From: Octopus vulgaris
Lineage: Eukaryota
Assembly (NCBI GenBank): GCA_951406725.2
Contig: OX597842.1
Coordinates: forward strand, 4,588,001 to 4,652,000
Direction: 5' to 3'
DNA length: 64,000 nt
Shown piece by piece: positions 55,834-64,000 of this stretch; the stretch's first letter is position 1; each line of letters begins with the position of its first letter. The notes under the pieces were generated by a model. That model saw only the letters and a list, made by a program, of their open reading frames with translations, did not search any database and was not told where the DNA came from. The position numbers and the translations under genes were made by a program.

Positions 55834-57346
55834 ATTTTTTAACCCTAATTTTTTAACCCTAACCCTAGATCTAATTACTTAACCCTAACCCTAACCCTAA
55901 CCCTAACACTAGACCTAATTTTTTAACCCTAACCCTAACCCTAGACCTAATTTTTTAACCCTAACCCTAACCCTAGACCTAATTTTTTTAACCCTAACCC
56001 TAACCTAGACCTAATTTTTTAACCCTAACCCTAGAGATAATTTTTTAACCCTAACCCTAACCCTAGAGATAATTTTTTAACCCTAACCCTAGACCTAATT
56101 TTTTAACCCTAACCCTAGACCTAATTTTTTAACCCTAACCCTAACCCTAGACCTAATTTTTTAACCCTAACCCTAACCCTAGACCTAATTTTTTAACCCT
56201 AACCCTAACCCTAGACCTAATTTTTTAACCCTAACCCTAACCCTAGACCTAATTTTTTAACCCTAACCCTAACCCTAGACCTAATTTTTTAACCCTAACC
56301 CTAACCCTAGACCTAATTTTTTAACCCTAACCCTAACCCTAGACCTAATTTTTTAACCCTAACCCTAGACCTAATTTTTTAACCCTAACCCTAACCCTAG
56401 ACATAATTTTTTTACCCTAACCCTATCCCATGACCTAATTTTTTAACCCTAACCCTAACCCTAGACCTAAATTTTTTAACCCTAACCCTAACCCTAGACC
56501 TAATTTTTTAACCCTAACCCTAACCCTAGACCTAATTTTTTAACCCTAACCCTAACCCTAGAGATAATTTTTTAACCCTAACCCTAACCCTAGACCTAAT
56601 TTTTTAACCCTAACCCTAACCCTAGACCTAATTTTTTAACCCTAACCCTTACCCTAGACCTAATTTTTTAACCCTAACCCTAACCCTAGACCTAATTTTT
56701 TAACCCTAACCCTAACCCTAGACCTAATTTTTTAACCCTAACCCTAACCCTACACCTAATTTTTTAACCCTAACCCTAGACCTAATTTTTTAACCCTAAC
56801 CCTAACCCTAGACCTAATTTTTTAACCCTAACCCTAAACCTTATTTTTTAACCCTAACCCTAGACCTAATTTTTTAACCCTAACCCTAACCCTTGACCTA
56901 ATTTTTTAACCCTAACCCTAGACCTAATTTTTTAACCCTAACCCTAGATCTAATTTTTTTACCCTAACCCTAACCCTAGACCTAATTTTTTAACCCTAAC
57001 CCTATCCCTAGACCTAATTTTTTAACCCTAACCCTAACCCTAGACCTAATTTTTTTAACCCTAACCCTAACCCTAGACCTAATTTTTTAACCCTAACCCT
57101 AACCCTAGACCTAATTTTTTAACCCTAACCCTAACCCTAGACCTAATTTTTTAACCCTAACCCTAACCCTAGACCTAATTTTTTAACCCTAACCTTAACC
57201 CTAGACCTAATTTTTTAACCCTAACCCTAACCCTAGACCTAAATTTTTTAACCCTAACCCTAACCCTAGACCTAATTTTTTAACCCTAACCCTAACCCTA
57301 GATCTAATTTTTTAACCCTAACCCTAATTTTTTAACCCTAACCTTA
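55834..57346 (-). repeat. C-rich, inverted copy of the same telomere-variant array
   Basis: TAGACC TAATTTTT (TAACCC)2-3 units; polarity switch at ...gtctaggg|attttttaaccc... Confidence 0.97.
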
Positions 57347-58194
57347 GTTTGTTTATAAAAATAATTTAGTTACTTGGTTTAAAAGATTATTTACTTTGCG
57401 TTTTATTTACTTTGTTCGAAAAATATTATTTAATTTCTTGAAATACAAACACAAGCGGAAGTCGTTGTAGGATCAACTACTTACGACTAGCTAGCCGCGA
57501 GTGCGCGCACCGGGACCACTGTTCGCTGGTAGTACCAGATTGTCGTTTAGATAGCCCTGAATCAATGGATAAGACTGTTTTTATTGGAAAGACAATGCGT
57601 GAGGAATCCGATGTGGGCCGCTGGAGAATACACGGATTAGCGACTTGCAATGTTATGTTACATGTTAATTGATTGTTATTAAATAATGGACTGTGAACAA
57701 AATTAAAGGTACTGCAGTTCATAAGTTCATTATTACATAATCATTTCATTCATATTCGTTCTATGTATTGTCCCCTCTGTGGTGTCCTGTTTGTTCTTGT
57801 TTGTCCCCCTCCATGTTGAGCCCTTGTGGCAATAATAAAGAGAAGGGCATTTTGGAGTCTAGCGAAGCACGTCGTGTGAACAACATTGATTTTACCTCAG
57901 CTTCGCTAAATTGTAGAAAAGTCGGACGTTAAAAATGTTGTTGTTTTTTTTTTTGTACAAAATCAAAGCAAAAAATCATTAACATGGAAGATTTATTGGC
58001 TTGTGTGCTGCAGTTGCAATATATGTGCAGAGGTTTACATTTTAGAAGTAATTGTCCTTTTAAAAAATCGTAAATGTTTTGAGTGTGGAAAAATCGGATA
58101 TGAAAGCTCACATTGTATAGCGAAACAAGCAAAAACGGGTCAAATACAAAACATTCTAGAAAGAATGTATTGTTAACAAAAATTTTAAACGAGG

Positions 58195-58645
58195 CTCAGA
58201 AAATGAGATTCGCCGAAGTGCAACAGAAGCGGTATGTTATGTGATATTGCTTCTTGGGCCCTGTGATGAACATCGTCTGCGAGTACATTTAAAGGTTCCT
58301 GGTTGTGCGGATCTGGGAGATCTGTGAAGCTTCTAACGGAGATTTCTAAGACTCCTATCTTTTTTAAAAGACAGGAGAGGCAGTGTGGGAAAGATAGGGG
58401 CGGCTGTTGGGTAAAAAAAAAAAGAATGCGAAAGTTGGGTGTGAGTTTATATTTTAGAGGGAAGGCGGACGGGTAGTAGGTGAGAGATAGTGGAATACGG
58501 TGGGTGGAAGTGCGTGAAGATGGTAGGAGAGCTGCGGTGCGGTTGATGGCTCGGGCTCGGTGGAGTGCCGGCTCAACAACTGATGGAGAAAAAAAAACTG
58601 TCGCATCGTTTTGCAATGGGATTCGAACTCCGAATCGATGCGGCA
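58195..58645 (-). mobile_element. Decayed Penelope-like element fragment (RT C-terminal region up to the start of GIY-YIG)
   Basis: ALHRARAINRTAALLP..RIPLSLTYYP and QPGTFKCTRRRC..GPKKQYHITYRFCCTSANLIF align with ALARARSVDRVSALSP..RLPFPLTYHP and QPGSFPCSRPRC..HSFTCTSSNIIY of the ORF at 60152-61480. Confidence 0.85.
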
Positions 58646-59462
58646 AAGTATATATATATATATTTGGCTTGTGTGGTGCAGTTGCAATATATGTGCAGAG
58701 GTTTTTACATTATATATATATATATACACTGGCCGAAACCTATCAAAGGTGTGTGTGTGTGCGTGCGCTTTTGGCACCTTGATATGTTTCGGCCAGTATT
58801 GGACCAGGCCATGTCTAACTTAATACCACTACCTGGCAAAGTCACTCATATCAGGAATCGGACAACATGGCCCATTCGAGGAGAGAGCTGCTGTTGACGG
58901 AGACCACAGAGAACAACAGCATTCAGAGTTTGCAGGTGATATGAGGTGCCTATGTCGAAATATGCCTTGTAGGCCACACACGTTTTAGCAGATGTTGTTA
59001 CAGAGTATTTTTTTAGTCTTCTCTTGATAAATTCACCGCAGACATAACAAAATCCATCAGTCAGATCATTACAATCTCTTGACGCAATTTGGGACAGCTA
59101 CAAGAAAACCAAACTAAAGAGTCTATGTTTCCTGAATCCTTTTATTTATAGTGCATTCAGTGTTGCCAGAATGTTCTAGAAATAAATATAGAGATCGGTT
59201 GTCCAATATATATATATATTGGTAAAAACGGTAAGATAACAAAAGAAAGAGACCTCGATATTATGTAAATAGAGGAAATTTATCAGTAAATGTAATATGT
59301 GACAATTATTCGGTAGCCAAGACATAACTCTGAGTTTTGGATGCCGAGGTGGAAATCCACGCCACCATCTCTTCAGTTATCCAGCCATCGGAAAAACGCT
59401 ATGAAAAATGACCGTTATATATATGTATATATATACATATATATACATATATATATATATAC

Positions 59463-61462
59463 ATATAACGGGAAGCTTTATGAAAATAAACAAAAGACGA
59501 AGGCAGGTGGAAAACAAACGAACAATTGTATTAGTATGGCGCTCAGGAAATATAAATAAAACAAGTCTTTAACGTTTCGAGCCTACGCTCTTCAACAGAA
59601 AGATACACAGAGAGAGAAAAAAAACACAGAAGGAAGGAGAGAAAAAAAATGCGTGCAGTAGCTAACGAATCAACATGGCGATCTGATTTCGGCCAGAGGT
59701 CAAAGATCAAACATGAGACGCGAGAGCGAAATAAGGGGAGATAATAGGGTTGATAAAAGGGTTGAGGGACCAGCTAATAGTGCGTAGGAGGGGTTTGGAC
59801 GTGTGTATGTATAGGGTTGGTGTATGTATTAGTATGTATAAGGGTGTGTGTGTGTGTGTATGAGAGAGTATTAGTGCGTAGGATTGGTCTGGACGTGCGT
59901 ATGTATGGGGTTGGTGTATGTATTAGTATGTATTAGTACGTATTGGTATGTATAAGTGTGTGTGTGTGTGTGTGTATGAGAGAGTATAAGTGCGTATGCG
60001 GGGTCTGGACGTGTGTATGTATAGGGTTGGTGTGTGTATTAGTATGTATTAGTATGTATTAGTATGTACTAGTATGTATTAGTACGTATTAGTATGTATT
60101 AGTTGGTGTGTGTATTAGTATGGCACATCATATGTGATGTGATGTGTAAAGTCATGTGGTGTAGTGAGGAGAAGAGGGGGAGAGAATGGGAGGGGAAGGA
60201 GAGGGGGAGGAGAGGATGGGGGGGAGGGGGATGAAGGAGGAGAGGGGGAGAGAGAAGGGGAGTGAGGGAGCAGAGGGTAGGGGAAGAGGGAGGGAGAAAG
60301 AGGGAAGAAGGGAAGGGGAGTAGGGGTGAAAGGATGAAGGACTGAAGAAGTAGGGGTCGGGGGGAAAGGATAGGTGAGGAGGGGGAGAGGGGGGAGAGTT
60401 GAGACCAAATGGCGTATAAGAGCGAAGAGAGAAGATTAATTCCTGTTCACGGCGCAAACGGGAATCCGGATGGCCTCTGTGTAAGGACAAACCGAACACA
60501 GATAGGTGTTGCAAGGAGTGACCGGTGGAGCGGAAATGGCGTGAGACCGGTGTGTCGTTCGCAAGGTGGATGTCACGAAGGTGTTCCGCGAACCGGTCAG
60601 CCAAGCGGCGTCCCGTTTGTCCGATGTACAAGGAATTGCAGAGAGAGCAAGAGATGCAATAGATAATATTGCTGGAGGTGCAGGTGAAGGAGTGGATGAT
60701 GGGATAGGGTCGATGGTGGGTGCTAGTGAGGCGGGTGGTGTTGGAGAGGTAAGGGCAAGTGCGGCAACGTGGGCGGGAGCAGGGGAACGAGCCGGGTTGG
60801 GAGGTAGGGTCAGGGAAGGAGCTATGGACCAAAAGGTCTCGAAGGTTGTGGGCTCGTTTGAAAGAGGGGAGGGGTCGGTTAGGGAAGAGGTGTGAAGTGG
60901 ACGGGTCGGACTGGAGATGACGGAAAGCTCGAAGAATGGTGCGTTGGAGACGTAGGGTCGTGGGGTGGTAAGTGAGGGGAAAAGGGAGGCGGGAGACTAC
61001 AGGGCGGGTTCGGGGAGAGAGAGCAGATACACGGTCCACGGACCGTGCTCTGGCAAGGGCGGTGTGGATAGTGGTGAGGGGGTATCCACGTAGGGTGAAG
61101 TGGTGAGCCATACGTTGAGACTGAGTCTCAAAGTCATGGTCGTCACTACAGAGCCTACGTAGACGGAGGAATTGGGAATAGGGGATGGAAAGCTTGGTGT
61201 GTTCTGGGTGGGAGGAAGAGAAGTTGAGGTATGAGTGTGAGTCTGTGTGTTTGTAGTGAATGGAGGTGGTAAGAGTGGAGTGAAGAATGCTAACCGAAAT
61301 GTCGAGGAAGGAGACAGAGGTGTTGGAGATAGTGGAAGTGAAGTGGAGGGCTGGATGGAAAGATTGGACGAAAGAGAGGAAGGAATCTAGATGTTCGCGG
61401 GAGAGTGAGGTGGCACCGATAATGTCGTCAATGTAACGACCATATAGTTCAGGAGTGGGACT
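59463..61462 (-). mobile_element. 5'-truncated Penelope-like retroelement: RT C-terminus, GIY-YIG endonuclease and 3' region
   Basis: ORF 60152-61480: YGRYIDDI, FLDI, SSHP..K..IPYSQFLRLRRLCS, C..PRC.TC, NIIYCISC..C..LYIGQTGRRLADRFAEH; 3' region carries a hammerhead-like motif and abuts (TA)n. Confidence 0.95.
59566..59603 (-). ncRNA. Variant minimal hammerhead-like motif in the Penelope 3' region
   Basis: UCUUU-CUGUUGA-A-GAGC GUAG GCUC-GAAAC GUU-AAAGA. Confidence 0.5.
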
Positions 61463-61533
61463 ACGCACACACAAACACACATTAAACAGTATAATTATTT
61501 TAAAAACATTAATTCAGATTACAACTTCATATA

Positions 61534-61872
61534 GGCGCAGGAGTGGCTGTGTGGTAAGTAGCTTGCTTACTTGCCACATGGTTCCGGGTTCAGTCCCATT
61601 GCGTGGCACCTTGGGTGAGTGTCTTGTACTGTAGCCTCGGGCCGACCAAAGCCTTGAGTGGATTTGGTAGATGGAAACTGAAAGAAGCCCGTCGTGTATG
61701 TGTGTGTGTGTGTGTGTGAGCGTGTGTGTGTGAGCGTGTGTGTGTGGCTTGACAACCGATTTTGGTGTGTTTACGTCCCCGTAACTTAGCGGTTCGGCAA
61801 AGAGACCGATAGAATAAGTCCTGGGGTCAATTTGTTCGACCAAAGTCGGTGCTCCAGCAAGTAAAAGAATAA
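61534..61872 (+). mobile_element. tRNA-derived SINE family 2, well preserved
   Basis: ggcgcaggagtggctgtgtggtaag head, gggttcagtccc B box, internal (TG)n. Confidence 0.85.
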
Positions 61873-62313
61873 ACGAATAAATATTTCAAGATCAAAGCAA
61901 TTAGGAAACCACACTTAATGACCAAAGACAAACAAAAGTCTGAAATTTGTTACATGGTGATTATCGGATTTTGTTAGGGCCCCACGTGGTGATGATGTGG
62001 ATTGGGAAAATGTGGGTAGAAGGTGATGTGCCAGCAACCCTCTTCCCCTTATTGTAAACAACAACACAAATAACTACGCAGCCATGGTTGAAACAAGAAC
62101 AACAAGCATTATTAAAAGACAAAAGAAGCATGGTCATTCCTTACTCAAGTGACCTTATCTTATCACCCGTCACTTGTGTACTCATAAATTAGTTTGATAG
62201 CTGAGCTCTGATTGGCTGTAAGCAAATGATTTCATAACTGGGGTCCGGAACTCTCGTGCCAAAAAATATTTCGCGTGCGGCCATGCTGGGTCACCGCCGA
62301 TATTTTGAAAGAT

Positions 62314-62430
62314 GCTTATAACACTTAGGTTTCACTTAGTGATCACCCATTTCAGTAGTAACTAGTCTCGACGTTGTATAACTTTCGTGATCAGACGACG
62401 ACAATTTTGTTCTGCATCATACATTACACA
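62314..62430 (-). pseudogene. Degenerate 5S rRNA-derived sequence
   Basis: Minus strand cgtctgatcacgaaagttatacaacgtcgagactagttactactgaaatgggtgatcac follows the invertebrate 5S pattern CGTCCGATCACCGAAGTTAAGCAACGTCGAG...GGTTAGTACTTGGATGGGTGACCGC. Confidence 0.75.
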
Positions 62431-62732
62431 CACACACACACACACACATACTAATAATTGAAACGAGGTAAAGAACAGCAAGCAATCCCACTCAGCAATT
62501 TATCCAAAGCGCTAAAGTTTCCTGTCAGCTCGTCAATAACGGTTAAGATACATGGACTCAATTCTGAGGGAGATAACTCGGTGCATAATTAGGGGAAATA
62601 ATTAAGGTTAATTTTATTAGAGTTATTTCCCCTAGTTTTTATTTCTTTCTTGTCTTCACTTCTACTTTATCTTTTTTATTTTGAGCTGGAGAGGTGTGCC
62701 CATGCTGGGGCACCGCCGTTATTTTCAAAAGT

Positions 62733-62850
62733 GTTTACAGCACTTAGCTTTTTTAAGCGATCATCCATCTGAACACTAACTAGTCTCGATGTTGTTTCCC
62801 TGCCTTGATCAGACGACGACTGTTGGATTCCGCGTTATATAATACACGTC
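62733..62850 (-). pseudogene. Second degenerate 5S rRNA-derived sequence
   Basis: Minus strand cgtctgatcaaggcagggaaacaacatcgagactagttagtgttcagatggatgatcgc...gtgctgtaaac followed by a T-run. Confidence 0.7.
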
Positions 62851-62854
62851 ATAC

Positions 62855-63265
62855 ATTTCGTCTGCTACGTTCTGAGTTCAAATTCTGCCGAAGTCGACTT
62901 TGCCTTTCATCCTTTCGGGGTCGATAAATTAAGTACCAGTTACGCACTGGGGTCGATGTAATCGACTTAATCCCTTTGTCTGTCCTTGTTTGTCCTCTCT
63001 GTGTTTAGCCCCTTGTGGGTAGTAAAGAAATTGGATTTTGTTTGCCGCTAAGTTCTGAGTTCAAATTCCGCCGAGGTCGACTTTGCCTTTCATCCTTTCG
63101 GGGTCGATAAATTAAGTACCAGTTACGCACTGGGGTCAATATAATCGACTTAATCCGTTTGTCTGTCCTTGTTTGTCCCCTCTGTGCTTAGCCCCTTGTG
63201 GGTAGTAAAGAAATAGGATTTTGTCTGCCGCTAAGTTCTGAGTTCAATTTCCGCCGAGGTCGACT
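62855..63265 (+). repeat. Head-to-tail tandem of 5'-truncated SINE family 1 units (two complete bodies plus the start of a third)
   Basis: gttctgagttcaaatt...taaagaaat repeats with a ~185-bp period. Confidence 0.85.
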
Positions 63266-64000
63266 TCTCCTCCTCCTGTTTTTCCTCCATCTGGTGTAGC
63301 CGTTGGTGCCAAAACAATTTTTTCTTTCACAATATAGTGACTTTCATCAAAAATGTCGTTTGAATACCGTTGTTTAAATTGTTCGAAGAGTTCATTATCG
63401 ATTCTTGCTAATCGCAAGTGCGCCGGTTTTCCTTCGATAGGTCCAATCACAGTACATTTCATCCGTATTATCAAACTGTGTAACATTTCATTTTTTGTGT
63501 TATAGGAGACAATTTCTTCTCCTTGTATATGTTTATGCGAAGGGTTGTGTGTCGGTTTCGCTTTCGAAGTGGACGGGGGTATTTTTTTTTCTGTGTGTGT
63601 GTGTTTTGCAATGATTCTTTACGTTTTCTTGTAAGGGGGAGGTGAGTCAGAGCCAAGGGGTTTTTTCCTTTTATGAGTCACTACTGTATAATCCATTTCT
63701 TCACTTGAAGTTCCTTTCTCTTTTTCTGTTATATTTTCTGTTGGTTTATCTTTCTCTTGCCTTTTCCTGGTTTTACTTATTTCTTCTATCGGTTTGGTTT
63801 TTTCGTATTTCACCTTTTCCTCTTGTTGGTCTGTTTCCAGTTGGGGAGGGACCTCTGCTTTCTTTTGCGTCGACTTTTTTATCTTCTCGCATTCGGAGCG
63901 GACGTGGCCCTTCTCACCGTATTGAAAACATCTGAGCCGCTGTCCCTCCACCGACTCTCTCGCGCTCAGTCCGTCCCCTATGACAATCCTGTCTGGCCTG
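63266..64000 (-). mobile_element. Decayed gag-like/LINE ORF1 fragment with zinc knuckle
   Basis: CFQYGEKGHVRSEC is a CX2CX4HX4C knuckle with the second Cys mutated, followed by a K/E-rich tail with frameshifts. Confidence 0.6.

Larger units (their letters stand above)
53046..58262. repeat. 5.2-kb quasi-palindrome: inverted ~920-bp arms (53046-53968 and 57347-58262) enclosing inverted telomere-like arrays
   Basis: agggcccaagaagcaatatcac... at 53046 is the reverse complement of ...gtgatattgcttcttgggccct ending at 58262; the homology is continuous up to the arrays. Confidence 0.97.

Noticed and set aside
53046-58262. Simple fold-back sequencing artefact, or a classical TIR transposon with TSD
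   Set aside because: The halves differ in substitutions, an indel, unit order and array length, and no TSD or transposase is visible. A scaffolding join cannot be excluded without reads.
62314-62850. Functional 5S rRNA genes
   Set aside because: Many substitutions in the internal control region and an eroded 5' end; treated as derived copies.

Overview
AT-rich, microsatellite-dense eukaryotic DNA; the SINE and repeat content suggests an octopus-like cephalopod (inference, not a database result). The first 40.6 kb hold the last eight coding exons of a netrin receptor UNC-5 gene on the + strand (ZU5, UPA and death domains, about 414 aa). All eight splice with GT-AG and compatible phases, and the ORF track mostly misses them. 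The introns contain a ~7.2 kb 32-bp minisatellite, a 42-bp array, inverted copies of an R4/Dong-type LINE, Tc1/hAT/Helitron-like remnants and many SINEs. The most striking structure is a 5.2-kb quasi-palindrome at 53046-58262. Two ~920-bp inverted arms that begin inside a Penelope-like element enclose a telomere-derived composite array, (GGGTTA)n-AAAAATTAGGTCTA, which flips from G-rich to C-rich at 55833/55834, the geometry of an end-to-end telomere fusion. The window also carries several Penelope-type remnants, several families of minimal hammerhead-ribozyme motifs (some with non-canonical cores), and two 5S-rRNA-derived units that share a tail motif with a tRNA-SINE.
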